Below the pieces are notes generated by a model that ran no database searches, was not told where the DNA came from, and saw only the letters and a program-made list of their open reading frames with translations. This document shows positions 23,202 through 35,548 of a DNA stretch of 64,000 nt, piece after piece. The DNA comes from Azolla caroliniana (taxonomy: Eukaryota; Plantae; Polypodiophyta). Both the position numbers and the translations under genes were made by a program. How positions within the stretch are numbered: the stretch's first letter is position 1; every line of letters begins with the position of its first letter. The stretch lies in assembly GCA_043228905.1 (NCBI GenBank), contig JBHGNT010000003.1, positions 7,316,001-7,380,000 of the forward strand, given 5' to 3'.

Positions 23202-25327
23202 AAAGGCGGCAAAGGAGTCAAAAGATGAGGGGATTGGAGCTAGCGGAGGCAATGGCGGTAGCCGTCGATCGGTTGGTAAGCGCTCGTGAGGAGACGGGTA
23301 CCCTCGACAGAGCCATTGAATCGATCGTCGGCACTATAGGCCGGTTCGGAGGGAAAGACGCCACAAGTTATTTGGAGGCTTACTGGGCCGAAATGATCAT
23401 GAGGGATATCCCGGTGGACAAGTGGTTGTCTGGATTCCCTCGGGTGGTGACGCCGAGCATCTACGCGGAGGTGCTCGAGGTGCTGGCCGGATGCCAGATT
23501 TGGGAGGTGTTCGAGCTGCAGCTGCTCGAGAAGTACGGGTTTGACGACTCGCTTCGGCTGTCGAGGCGGGACTTCATGGCATGGGTGGAAAGCCCCGGAA
23601 AAGGGAGGAACACGTCGGCGCTCCTCCAAGAGTTCGAAAAACGGTTCGCGCGGCTGTCGACGCTAGACCGGACCGTGCTCGAAACAAGTCGAGTACTACT
23701 ATTTGTTAAGTTGGTGGACGCGCTCGACAAGGAAAAGGTGGGTCCCCTATTGGAAATGGACAAAGGGCTCACGACAGACTGGGCCGTGGTAAAACGGGTC
23801 TGCAGCCATTTCGACAAGCGGCGTTTTTGGAGCGCTGAAAGCTCGTCGGGGTCAGGGCCGGTCCCAGCGAGGAGGCTCGAGGAGCTGGTATAGGTGCCAG
23901 TCGGTAGGAAGGAAGAGACCCGAATTTGGCTAGAGTGGGGGTGGACATCGAACGACGTGGATAGAGGCCCATCCGGAGGAGTGGCTCTGGAGGAGCTGAC
24001 ACAGATGGTACGTGACCTGCAGATCACACAGGCACGGACAGACAGCGGCGAACAACCTCGCGACCAGAAGCCGCCGGCTGGGCAGCGGTGTATGTGGTGT
24101 GACGCGATTGGTCACATTGGAAAGGATGGCGCGGATTTCGCCGACGCACTCAGGACCAACTTGGTGTACCTCTGGAACAGGCGGGTGCACACGAGCGAGA
24201 CCCGGAGAGCCCTAGAACTGAATACGGGGCGCGACGGAATGAAGAGGTTGATGGAGGAGGCCGCAGCACGGCATGTAGAAGCCGTTAACTACTCAGTGTC
24301 AGCGGGAATTTGGGTCGGGGGTGATGAGACCCGGAAGGCAAAGGCCTCCGGAGTTCGGCTGAAGAAGGAAGAGGCGGACCGCGCAAAACAACGGGTCCAG
24401 GTGGTCACCGGATGGGACGTTCCGGTGGAAGAGAAAATGGGCTTCGTAGAAGCCGCTTGCCAGAACTACGAGGTTCTGGTGGAAGGTAAACGGGCAGGGA
24501 AGGCCGGAGGGGTCGGTCCCCGGCAGAGGTACGAGACCCGGTTCGGACCGAAACCGACTGGTGCCGGCAACCCAGGCGCGCCGGATGGGAAGAAGCAGGT
24601 GGGGTTTCGGTTGAGCACCGAAATTAAGAGAGCAACGGACCTACGGAAGGTCCTTGAAGAGCGGATCCTCGACAGTAAAGTGGAGATGTCGGTGCGGGAG
24701 GTGCTGGGAATCGCCAAGAGGGAGTTCAACGACTCCATCGTAGACTTGGTGAAGCGGAAGAGGCTCTCGACGGAGCCGCAACTGGAGAAGCCGGTGGAGG
24801 TGCGGACTACGCACTTAGAAGACACGGCCCTAGAAGACGAGCTGGCGGGAGGCCACTACGCGAAGCCGCATTGGGCCAGGGCAACTACAGAAACCCCTGT
24901 GCGGATCGGCGACATTCCAGAACCGGTGGTGGCCTTAGTAGACCATGGATCCGAAATCAACCTGATGTCCATGGATTTCTACAAGAGGGGTAAATGGCCG
25001 ATCAACACCAAGCATGGGTGGAAGATACGCGCGGCGACGCGTGCTACGGAGGAGTTGCATGGTGTGTGCCCGAATATACGCATAAAGGTCGGTGACGTCG
25101 AGATAGATCAACATTTCTTTGTGTAGGAAACATCCTCGCACCCGGTGATTCTCGGCGAGCCATACATTACGGCAGCATGCATGGAGACGAAGGTGCTAGA
25201 CAACGGTTCGGTGTACGCACGCGTCAAGAGCCAGGATGGTCGGCATTCCGTCCAATTCATGACCGTACGTCCGAACCATGAGAGGAATCGCGAGACCCTC
25301 GACGGCGACAGCTAAGGGGATTTTTAG
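23198..25327 (+). pseudogene. Gypsy B gag-protease (few in-frame stops)
   Basis: ORFs 23198-23893 and 23894-25126 share a frame, with a CMWCDAIGH knuckle remnant and the aspartic protease motif ALVDHGSEINLM; the frame ends ..GDF*. Confidence 0.88.
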
Positions 25328-25361
25328 AGAGGGCTATCAAGGCATGGGGTCGCGGTAGTCC
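25318..25361 (+). promoter_or_regulatory. Candidate -1 frameshift signal in Gypsy B
   Basis: G GAT TTT TAG, spacer TAGAGA, stem GGGCTATC/GGTAGTCC. The -1 frame stays open for about 80 codons into pol-homologous sequence. Confidence 0.65.
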
Positions 25362-26812
25362 AGACGTACCGGAAGAACCCCACACATGTATAGTAGGTAG
25401 GAAGTTTTGGTTCTCCGAAAATGGAGGTTGTACTATAGCCGGCGTTAGCGGCCGGGAGAGGAAGCGAGCGGAGGAGCGGCTCAGGGGATGCGGAGTCCTC
25501 TCCCCCGACGAAGAAATCAGCGGCGCCGTGGAGGCAGTCTCTTTTGACGATACCTTGGGCGAGTTATGAAAGGTGATCGGTGAAGACCTTAGAAAAGACC
25601 GGACCGTTCCGGTTAGTTGGATGGGAATGTACGAAGTCATCACGGACTTCGGGGAAAGCATCAGGTCGGATCTGACGGCCCGCGTGGATACAAAGTACAA
25701 GATTGTGGACCGGAAGGTGAGGCCAGTCGCAGCACCCTTGCCGGAGGGCAGCAAGGAGCGGATAAAAGGGGTCACGTCGAACCCAAGCTTACGGAATCCG
25801 GCTGGCATAGGGCACCGGTTCACCACATAACACTACGGGAGCTCAAGGTTGGTGGGGGTGGCTTTCTACTGCCGGCGGAGGAGGACAGGTTTCAAAGAAT
25901 GCTCGGAAAGCATGGGAAATCCTTCGCGTTCTCGCCGGAGGAGATTGGGTGCGTGGACCCAACGATCGTCGAACCGATGGTGATCTTCACGGTACCGCAT
26001 GTACCGTGGAATCTCAAACCGATTCCAGTGCTGAGAGCTCACATCCCGAAGTTGATGGAGCTTCTGAAGCAAAAGGTGGAGATGGGCATCCTCGAACCGT
26101 CGAGTGCCCCGTATTCGAATCGGTGGTTTACGGTGCCGAAGAAGAACGGCACGCTGCACTTCATTCGGGGACCTGCAACCGGTCAACAGGGTGACCATCC
26201 GTAATGCAGGAATCGGACCGACCATAGACGAGTTCGCGGAGGCCTTCGCTGGAAGGTCGATCTATTTGGCCGGTGACTTATACTCGGTACGACCAGTTCC
26301 AGCTAGCCGTGGAGAGCAGGGATATCACGACGATGTGAACCCCTCTTGGCCTAGTACGGATGTGTACCCTACCACAAGGCGGGATGAATTTGGTGGCGCA
26401 TATGGTGAACGCAATGAACAAGGTGTTGAGGGACTGCATCCCGGACATCACCATGCCATTCTTGGACGACATCCCGATAAAGGGGTGTCCGGTGGATGAT
26501 GCGGACGAGATTGTCGGGCCAGACGGATGCCGGAGGTTCGTCGTGAACCACATCAATGACTACGAGAAGGTGCTACAGAGGCTCGAAAGCGCACAACTCA
26601 CCTTCTCTAGAGAAAAATCGGCGTTCGGGCAGTCGGAGATCTTGGTGGTCGGACACCTGTGCGGGCCTTACGATAGGAAACCGTCTCCGGCAAAGGTAGA
26701 GGCCATCTCTGCGATGAGGAACGATTGTGGTTCTGTCACGGGGGTCTGCAGATTCTTGGGAGCATGCGCGTTCTACCACATCTGGATCCCGCATTACGCA
26801 CATGTCGCGGAA

Positions 26813-29800
26813 TGTTGGGATTACGGTCCCTTTCGGATGGGATGGTCGGATATCGGAGATGAATGCCGACAAGCCCGGTTTCGGTTTCGGAACCGGATGA
26901 TGAAGACCCCGGCTTCGGAGCCGGATGACGAATGTACCCGGAGCGAGATCCGGATGCGGGGACATATCTGTGAATATGTTTTCCAAGGGCCCTTGAGGCT
27001 ATAGTTGTAAATAGCCCCAAAGTCATCTGTGTATAAATATGACTTAGGGCAAACAGTTTTTATGTTGCTTCTCATTTTTCTGTTTTTCCACTCAAGAGGA
27101 GTGAAGAGAGAGAGCAGCCGCGAGAGAGATAGAGCGTGAGAGAGGAAGAGGTCGACGCCTCTGTGTATTTCCGCCGCCTGTGGCGAAGACAGCGAGCTCA
27201 AGGTCGTCGCCTTGCAGCTCGCCATTGTATACTTCTCTGTGCATAGTTTTTGGTTCGGAGTCTTGTACTCCCGTGGTTTTTTCCCGTACAGGGTTTTCCA
27301 CGATAAATCGTGTGTCCACTCTATTTTTCGCATTTCCCATTTTCTGCAACAACGATTCGTGTGTTTCCTTGGTTGTGGCCGAGAAGTGAAGTTTGGAAAG
27401 TGTCGATTTAATTTCCATCAATTGGTATCAGAGCGAGTTGCTGCAGAAAATGGAAGGCGGCGGCAGCGGGCAGCCGGGGATGATGGTGCTGAATGCGCAG
27501 AATTACGCCGACTGGAAGATCAAGATGGAGGATCTTCTGATTGTTCGGGACCTGTACGAACCGATTGACAGGTCGGAAATACCGAAGGGAGTACTTGAGT
27601 CGGAATGGAGGCTTCTGAACCGGAAAGCCGTTGCAACCATTCGGCAATACGTAGACGTGAGCGTTCTACAACATGTGGCGAACGACATCAACGCATATGA
27701 GATGTGGCGGAAGCTGTCGGGCCTCTACGAGAGGAAGAATGCGTTGAACCGGACCTCCCTGATGAGGAAGATAGTGAACCTCAAGTACCGGGACGGCGAG
27801 ACTATGGTGGAACACGTAAGCACGTTCATGGGATTCGTGAACCAGCTTGCGGCGATCAAGTTCCCGCTGGAGGATGCAATGCAAGCCATCATCCTGATGT
27901 GTACATTGCCGGAAAGCTGGGAGAACTTGGTGGTGACTCTCAGCACCTCCTGCACGGAAGATAACTTGTCCCTACAAACGGTAAAGACAAGTATTTTGAA
28001 CGAAGAAGCGCGTCAGAGAGATAAAGAACCGGCCTCCGACTCGAAGGCGCTGCTTACCGAATCGGAACGGGGAAGACAATGGAACCAGAGTCCGCAAAGA
28101 CGGGAGAAGTCGGGGACCCGGTCACAGTCAAGAGGAAAACCCACATGCTTCCACTGTGGGAAGCCGGGGCACTTCCGGAAGAATTGTCGGCATTACCGAA
28201 AGGACAACGGAGCCGACGACACCGATTCGAAGAAGTCACCGGAGAGAAACGGTGCATACCGGGGAGCCACGGACCGGAGAGGTCCGGATCGGCGAGGGCA
28301 GGACCGGAAAGGAACGACGGCACTCGCGGCAAGTGAGGAAGAAATCATGCTTATCACCGAAGAAGGTGAATTAAACATTGCCGGCGATGAGACGACCTGG
28401 GTGGTTGATTCCGGAGCATCGTTCCACCTGACCCCGGAAAGAAGATACTTCTCATCCTACACAGCCGGTGAGCATGGCTGTGTTCGGATGGGAAACGAAG
28501 GTACGTGCCGGATTGCCGGCATAGGAGACGTGTGGTTGACAACCCCGACCGGATGCAAAATGCTGCTGAAGAATGTCCGACACGTTCCGGAGGTCCGATT
28601 GAACCTGATTTCGGCCGGGAGGCTAGACGATGAAGGCTACACAGGTAGCATCCGGAACGGCGTAATGAAGTTCAGCAAGGGGAGCCTGATAGTGGCTCGG
28701 GCCCGGAAAGACAACACACTGTACCTGATGAATGCCCGGTTATGTCCGGAAGAGCTGAATGTGGCAGCCGACACTGCCGGTGAGCTGTGGCACAAAAGAC
28801 TGTGCCACATGAGTGAGAAGGGGATGAAGAGGCTTGCAGATGACAACCTTATTCCAGTGAAGCATGCGCACCTGGAGAAGTGCACCGATTGCCTGGCCGG
28901 TAAGCAGAACCGAGCCTCCTTCCACTCAAGGCCACCGACGAGACGTAGTGTACCATTGGAGTTGGTACACACTGATGTGTGTCAGGTAGAAACGAAGTCA
29001 CATGGCGGAGCCCAGTACTTCGTAACATTCATTGATGATCACAGCCGGAAGCTGTGGACGGCACCGTTGAAGACAAAGGACCAAGTGTTGTCCGTCTTCA
29101 AAGAACTCCACGCGAGAGTGGAAAGAGAATCCGGCAAGAAGCTAAAAGCGATACGAGCGGATAACGGAGGGGAATACCGGGGGCAGTTCGCGGAGTACTG
29201 TCGCTCGAAGGGAATCCGGCTCGAGTTTACTGTGCCGAAGACGCCGGAACTGAACGGGCTGGCCGAGAGGATGAATCGGACCATAATGGAGAGGGTCCGG
29301 AGTATGCTGGTGCATGCGGAATTACCCAAGGGGTTTTGGGCTGAGGCGATGTCGACGGCGACATACGTGATAAACAGATCACCCTCAGTACCTTTGGACG
29401 GAGACACGCCGCAGAGAGTGTGGACCGGTAGGGAAGTATCCTACCGGCATCTGAAGGTGTTCGGGTGTCTCGCATACGTGCATGTGGCAAAGGACCGGAG
29501 AGGAAAGCTAGATCCAAAGACCCGGCCATGCATATTCCTCGGTTACGGCGATGACGAGTTCGGCTACCGAGTATGGGACCCGGTCGACAAGAAGATATTC
29601 CGGAGTCGTGATATCATCTTCATGGAGAACAAGACACTCGCCGACTGGGAGTCGGAGAAGAAGATGAAGAGCTCCAAGTCGACCGGTGAGGATCAACTCT
29701 ACGAGGAGCAGTCCCGACCGGGAAGGGACCGGTTAGCACTCGAGGATCCGGCCGAAGACGGTGAAGAAACAGAACCGGCCGAAGAAGATGAAAATGATAC

Positions 29801-32141
29801 CGGAACCGGCCCCGATCCCGAAATGGATTCGGATGAAGAAGAATCGGAAGAACCGGTTACCGAAGCTCCGGAACGGAGATATCCTCTAAGAGAGAGAAGG
29901 GCCCCCCGGAGATTTCCGGAACCAGAGCACGTGCTGCTAACCGACGAAGGGGAGCCGGAGAGCTTTGAAGAAGCAAAGCATGACACCCAGAGCCGCAGGT
30001 GGTTGAGTGCCATGCAGGACGAGATGGATTCCCTGCATGAGAACCACACATATGAACTTGTGGAGTTGCCGAAAGGAAAGCGGGCACTTCGAAACAAGTG
30101 GGTGTTCAAGCTGAAACCGGGAGATGCCGGAAACCCCCCGAGATACAAAGCCAGGATCGTGGTGAAGGGGTTTCAGCAGAAGAAGGGCGTCGACTTCGAC
30201 GAGATATTTGCCCCGGTAGTGAAGATGACCTCCATCCGGACGATGTTGAGCATAGCGGCAAGCATGGACCTCGAGGTAGAACAGATGGACGTGAAGACGG
30301 CATTCCTTCACAGTGACCTCGAAGAAGAGATCTACATGCAGCAACCAGAAGGATTCGAGAAGAAAGGGAAGGAGCACCTGGTATGCCGGTTGAAGAAGAG
30401 CCTCTACGGACTGAAGCAGGCTCCCCGGCAATGGTACCGGAGGTTCGACTCCTTCATGACCGACGAAAGGTACCTCAAAATGCAGTCCGACCACTGCGTG
30501 TTTGTGAAGAAGTTCGAAGGAGGAGACTTTCTAATACTCCTCCTGTACGTGGACGACATGTTGATCGTCGGACGGGACCAGGTCAAGATACGGATGCTGA
30601 AGAAGGCTCTTCACCGAACCTTCTCAATGAAGGACTTGGGTCCGGCGAGACAAATACTAGGGATGCACATCATCCGGGACCGGAGCAAGAAGCAGTTGTG
30701 GCTGTCACAGGAGAAGTACGTGACAAAGGTGCTTAAACGGTTCAACATGTCGGAAGCAAGGCCGGTCGGATCGACCCTCCCGGCAAACTGCAAGCTGTCC
30801 AACAAGCAAAGTCCCAAGACAAAGGCTGAAAAGGAGGATATGATGAAAGTGCCGTATGCCTCAGCCGTCGGGAGCTTGATGTACGCCATGGTGTGTACGA
30901 GACCGGACATAGGATATGCAGTCGGAGTGGTGAGCCGGTACATGAGCAATCCTGGCAAACAGCATTGGAACGCGGCCAAGTGGATACTCCGATACCTGAA
31001 GGGCACGGCAAACGTGTGCCTCCGATTCGGCTCCGGTAAGCCCGAACTCGACGGCTTCACCGATTCGGATATGTCGGCTGATGCAGATACCAGCCGGTCC
31101 ACATCAGGGTATGTGATGACGTATGCAGGGGGAGCTGTTTCATGGCAGTCGAGACTGCAGAAGACGGTTGCGTTGTCAACCACAGAGGCGGAGTACATGG
31201 CGGCTGTTGAAGCCGGCAAGGAAATAATATGGATGAAGGACTTCATTAGAGAGCTCGGTATCCGACAGGAGGAGTACCGACTCTACTGCGACAGTCAGAG
31301 TGCAATCCACCTTGCGAAGAACGCGGCCTATCACTCCCGGACGAAGCACATCCAGCGAAGATATCACTGGATCCGGGAAAGGATAGAAGACAAGGAGTTC
31401 GTGCTGACGAAGGTCCACACGGACGAGAACGGGTCGGATATGCTGACCAAGGTGCTCACACCCGACAAGCTGGAAGCATGCCGGAAGAGGATCGGATTGG
31501 AGAGACATCCCATGCCGAAGTGAAGGGGGAGTTTGTTGGGATTACGGTCCCTTTCGGATGGGATGGTCGGATATCGGAGATGAATGCCGACAAGCCCGGT
31601 TTCGGTTTCGGAACCGGATGATGAAGACCCCGGCTTCGGAGCCGGATGACGAATGTACCTGGAGCGAGATCCGGATGCGGGGACATATCTGTGAATATGT
31701 TTGCCAAGGGCCCTTGAGGCTATAGTTGTAAATAGCCCCAAAGTCATATGTGTATAAATATGACTTAGGGCAAACAGTTTTTATGTTGCTTCTCATTTTT
31801 CTGTTTTTCCATTCAAGAGGAGTGAAGAGAGAGAGCAGCCGCGAGAGAGATAGAGCGTGAGAGAGGAAGAGGTCGACGCCTCTGTGTATTTCCGCCGCCT
31901 GTGGCGAAGACAGCGAGCTCAAGGTCGTCGCCTTGCAGCTCGCCATTGTATACTTCTCTGTGCATAGTTTTTGGTTCGGAGTCTTGTACTCCCGTGGTTT
32001 TTTCCCGTACAGGGTTTTCCACGATAAATCGTGTGTCCACTCTATTTTTCGCATTTCCCATTTTCTGCAACAACGATTCGTGTGTTTCCTTGGTTGTGGC
32101 CGAGAAGTGAAGTTTGGAAAGTGTCGATTTAATTTCCATCA
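26813..32141 (+). mobile_element. Intact young Ty1/Copia element (Copia E, Tnt1/Tork-like)
   Basis: 608-bp LTRs at 26813-27420 and 31534-32141 (about four differences seen), TSD CGGAA, PBS-iMet at 27423-27434, PPT at about 31522-31531. Confidence 0.97.
27450..31523 (+). CDS. Copia gag-pol polyprotein, about 1357 aa
   Basis: Motifs CFHCGKPGHFRKNC, WVVDSGAS, VHTDVC, IRADNGGEY, MDVKTAFLHSDL, LYVDD, FTDSD and TKHIQRRYH; first ATG after the PBS is at 27450. Confidence 0.96.
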   Translation: MEGGGSGQPGMMVLNAQNYADWKIKMEDLLIVRDLYEPIDRSEIPKGVLESEWRLLNRKAVATIRQYVDVSVLQHVANDINAYEMWRKLSGLYERKNALNRTSLMRKIVNLKYRDGETMVEHVSTFMGFVNQLAAIKFPLEDAMQAIILMCTLPESWENLVVTLSTSCTEDNLSLQTVKTSILNEEARQRDKEPASDSKALLTESERGRQWNQSPQRREKSGTRSQSRGKPTCFHCGKPGHFRKNCRHYRKDNGADDTDSKKSPERNGAYRGATDRRGPDRRGQDRKGTTALAASEEEIMLITEEGELNIAGDETTWVVDSGASFHLTPERRYFSSYTAGEHGCVRMGNEGTCRIAGIGDVWLTTPTGCKMLLKNVRHVPEVRLNLISAGRLDDEGYTGSIRNGVMKFSKGSLIVARARKDNTLYLMNARLCPEELNVAADTAGELWHKRLCHMSEKGMKRLADDNLIPVKHAHLEKCTDCLAGKQNRASFHSRPPTRRSVPLELVHTDVCQVETKSHGGAQYFVTFIDDHSRKLWTAPLKTKDQVLSVFKELHARVERESGKKLKAIRADNGGEYRGQFAEYCRSKGIRLEFTVPKTPELNGLAERMNRTIMERVRSMLVHAELPKGFWAEAMSTATYVINRSPSVPLDGDTPQRVWTGREVSYRHLKVFGCLAYVHVAKDRRGKLDPKTRPCIFLGYGDDEFGYRVWDPVDKKIFRSRDIIFMENKTLADWESEKKMKSSKSTGEDQLYEEQSRPGRDRLALEDPAEDGEETEPAEEDENDTGTGPDPEMDSDEEESEEPVTEAPERRYPLRERRAPRRFPEPEHVLLTDEGEPESFEEAKHDTQSRRWLSAMQDEMDSLHENHTYELVELPKGKRALRNKWVFKLKPGDAGNPPRYKARIVVKGFQQKKGVDFDEIFAPVVKMTSIRTMLSIAASMDLEVEQMDVKTAFLHSDLEEEIYMQQPEGFEKKGKEHLVCRLKKSLYGLKQAPRQWYRRFDSFMTDERYLKMQSDHCVFVKKFEGGDFLILLLYVDDMLIVGRDQVKIRMLKKALHRTFSMKDLGPARQILGMHIIRDRSKKQLWLSQEKYVTKVLKRFNMSEARPVGSTLPANCKLSNKQSPKTKAEKEDMMKVPYASAVGSLMYAMVCTRPDIGYAVGVVSRYMSNPGKQHWNAAKWILRYLKGTANVCLRFGSGKPELDGFTDSDMSADADTSRSTSGYVMTYAGGAVSWQSRLQKTVALSTTEAEYMAAVEAGKEIIWMKDFIRELGIRQEEYRLYCDSQSAIHLAKNAAYHSRTKHIQRRYHWIRERIEDKEFVLTKVHTDENGSDMLTKVLTPDKLEACRKRIGLERHPMPK

Positions 32142-34499
32142 CGGAACCCCTCTACGGACTATCGAAAAAGGGGCGTAGCTTTGAGTGGAGGACGGAGCAC
32201 ACGAAGTTGGTCCGGAGACTAAAGGAGGCGCTTACGGTAGCGCCAACTCTCCATAAAGCGGTTTACGGTAAGGGGGTCCCCATCTACGTAACGGTGGACA
32301 CGAGCCCGACCGGGATCGAGTGGGTGATCAACCAGGAGGACGAGGATGGCGCACGGTTCCCGATCCGGTTTGGGGCGAAGGTATTGAGTGAGCGACAACG
32401 AGGATACGCCCAAGTCAAGCGTGAACTATGGGGTATCGTTTCGGCAGTCAAGGCCGATAGGGACTACCTGATCGGGACAGAGGTAACAATCGGCATGATT
32501 TCCGGATGCGCGACGCTAGACCTAGCAATGCTCCGATGGATAACATACATTAAGTCCCTGAACCCGGAGATACGGCACATCTCCGGAAAGGATAACGCCA
32601 TGGCCGACATGCTTTCGAGAGCAAGGTTCAACGACGAAGACGGCATGGTTTCGGATGACGAAGAAGTCGGCGAGGACTTCTTCGGGTCGGCTAATGTGGC
32701 GACAAGGAAAGGGGACACTCCGACGCTTAACGAATTTGACGAAAGCAGCTACGACGGGGAGTGGCTCCAAATCGGGAGGTTCCTACGGGCGATGACGCCA
32801 GACGCGGCGTGGACGAGAGAAGAGGCGAGCTGGGTACGGAAGAAGGCGTACCGATTCTTCCTACAGGATCGGTGCATTTCACGCTCCGAGTAGTGGCAAA
32901 GAAAAGAAGAACAGCAGGAACTACTGGCGGCACCCAAAGAAAAGAAACGGCATCCCGCTCCGAGTAGTGGCAAAGAAAGAAGAACAGGAGGAACTACTGG
33001 CAGCATTTCACGAGAGTCCCTGGGCCGGGCACCGCAGAACGTGGGCCACATTCGAGAAGCTAAAGGAGAAGTACTGGTGGTCGGGGCTGTACCAGGACGT
33101 GTATCAGTTCGTAACGACTTGCGAAAGCTGTCAGATGCACTCCGTAGTCCGACATCGGGACGAGCTACACACGACTTACCCGCCTGCGGTCCATTTCAAG
33201 TGGATGGTGGACTTGGTGACGATGCCGATGGGAGTAGGATAGATGCGTTACCTGGTGCTTGCGCGGGAAGACTTATGGAACCAAGTGGAAGACCGTGCAC
33301 TGCAGAACAAGACAACCGCGGCGGTATGCCGGTTCCTGATCGAAGAGGTAGTGTATCGGTACGGGTGCGTCGGGAGGATCGTGGCGGATCGGGGAGAGCT
33401 GGATGCACGGGAAGCTGAGGAGTTGTTCGACCGGCTAGGGGTCAAACTCTCCCTCACTACAGCGTACAATCCGGAGGCGAACGGGAAGGTAGAACGTGGG
33501 CACGAGCCGATCGTAAAGGCGTTGGTGTGTGCATGCGGAGGGCAGGTCGGGAATTGACCACGGCTCCTTCGTTACTCACTGAGGGCGGACCGAACTACGC
33601 ACAATTCGGTGACAGGGTTTATGCCGGCAGAGCTGATGTACGGACAGAAGCCGATCATGACTGTGGAACGGACAGTTTCTTCATGGGCGGCGGTAGATTG
33701 GAAGGACGAGATGAGCCGAGAGGAGTTGATGGTGGCGCAGATTCGGCAACTCAAGCGGAGGCCAAAGGACGTGAAACGGGCAAAGGAAAAGTTGCGGACG
33801 GCAAGGGAACGGAACAAGACCCGGTTCAACCGGACACACCGGTTGCGACCAAAGAAGATCGAGGAAGGCGACTGGGTAATGGTATACGACAGTAGCCTCG
33901 ACAATCAGCACAAGGCGGTGCGAAAGTTCGCTAGGAGATGGTTCGGGCCCTACAGGGTGACGAGCGCAAACAACAAGGGCATGTACCACTTAGCAGAACT
34001 CGACGGGACACGGTTAGCGGTACCGATGGCCGTAAAGAGGATCAAAGCATTCAAGAAGCGGTTCGAAGAAGACCTGGAGCCGGCGAGCGAGAGCGACGAC
34101 GACGATCGGTTCGGGTTCGGCGAAGAATCGGAGAGCAACGAGTGAAGCTGGTTTTCTTTGGTATCTACCCGTCTCTAGCGCATGCCGGTGGATGCGCGGT
34201 TTGGTGGGGGTGGATGTCGTGAAGAAAACCGGCCATGGCCGGAATCGGAGAAAAAGGCGCATGAACTGGCTCTTACACGGGTGGACGTGAGAATTGATAT
34301 TTTGTACATAATTTGTAATTAGGTCGGCTGATGCAAATACTAGGTAGTACACATTTATTAGGGGATTTGTGCGTATCTCTGTTGAAAGGGACAGGGAATA
34401 AAGCGGTTTTGACTAAGGAGAAAAGGGTATCGCGCGTTGGCAAGAGGGGGGGTTGTTGCAGATCTAAGTGTCGAGCTCTCTCTTCTCCTCCGATCGTCG

Positions 34500-35201
34500 T
34501 GTTGGGATTTCGGTCCCTCCGGATGGGATGTCCGGAGATGAATGACGGCAAGTCCGGTTGCGGTTACGGAGCCGGATGATGAAGACCCCGGCTACGGAGC
34601 CGGATGATGAAGACCCCGGTTACGGAGCCGGATGATGAAGACCCCGGTTACGGAGCCGGATGATGAAGACCCCGGCTACGGAGCCGGATGATGAAGACCC
34701 CGGTTACGGAGCCGGATGACGAATGTACCCGGAGAGAGATCCGGATGCGGAGACATATTTGTGAATATGTTTGCCAAGAGCCCTTGAGGCTATATTTGTA
34801 AATAGCCCGAAAGTCATATGTGTATAAATATGACTTAGGGCAAACAGTTAAGTTGTTGTTGCTCATTTTCTGTTTTCCACTAAGAGGGAGCGAAGTGAGA
34901 GCAGCCGAGAGAGAGTGAGAGAGAAGGAGGAAGGAAGAGGTCGACGCCTCTGTGTAATACCGCCGTCTGTGGCGAGGACAGCGAGCTCAAGGTCGTCGCC
35001 TTGCAGCTCGCCATTGTACATTCCCGCGTATAGTGATAGTTGGAGTCTTGCACTCCCGTGGCTTTTCCCGTATAGGGTTTTCCACGTTAATCCCTGTGTT
35101 ATCGTGTCTTTCTCTGTGTTACCTATTTTCTGCTGCATTGATTCGTGATTTCTCGGTTGTGGCCGAACGGTGAAGACGAATCGGAGAGTTGATTCTCGAC
35201 A
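34500..35201 (+). mobile_element. Copia solo LTR (Copia E-related) inside the 3' LTR of Gypsy B
   Basis: TGTTGGGA..CGACA ends, TSD CGTCG, similar to the Copia E LTR; contains a 28-bp tandem array at 34562-34720. Confidence 0.93.
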
Positions 35202-35490
35202 CGTCGGTCTCTATGGGTGTCGGGAGTTCGCTGCCTCTGCTTCATGGACAGCCCGTGTGCTTCAAGGAGAGGCTCTCCCCTTTCTGTTTCTTTGAGTCGA
35301 GTGTGTCCTGTCTGTGTGCGTGACTAGGATCCCCGTGTCGGGTCCATCGCCGCCTTGCCGATTGTATTCGTCAGAGTTTGCAATCTTTAGATATTGTAAT
35401 CGACTGTTACTATAATTAAGTGTGTCGTTTCTTTCTCTTTCCTTTTCCCTTTAGCGTATCTGCAAATCTTCTCTTCTCTTCTCTTCTCTT

Positions 35491-35548
<58 letters not shown>

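Larger units (their letters stand above)
25325..34145 (+). pseudogene. Gypsy B pol (RT-RNase H-integrase), split by Copia E
   Basis: Motifs WFTVPKKNG, LPQGG and PFLDDIPIKG; YVTVDTSPTGI; ADMLSR; H-x6-TF..YWW..C..C; TAYNPEANGKVERGH; WFGPY (GPY/F). No chromodomain seen. Confidence 0.9.

Noticed and set aside
26821-27421. Antisense ORFs of 170 and 109 aa, duplicated at 31542-32142
   Set aside because: They are duplicated only because they lie in the twin LTRs, and they have no recognisable motifs.
27393-27449. N-terminal extension of the 1376-aa ORF
   Set aside because: It starts at a TTG inside the LTR and spans the PBS; ATG 27450 is the plausible start.
32882-33003. Duplication of about 50 bp in the Gypsy B integrase region
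   Set aside because: It is a local post-insertion rearrangement in a dead copy, absent from Gypsy A.
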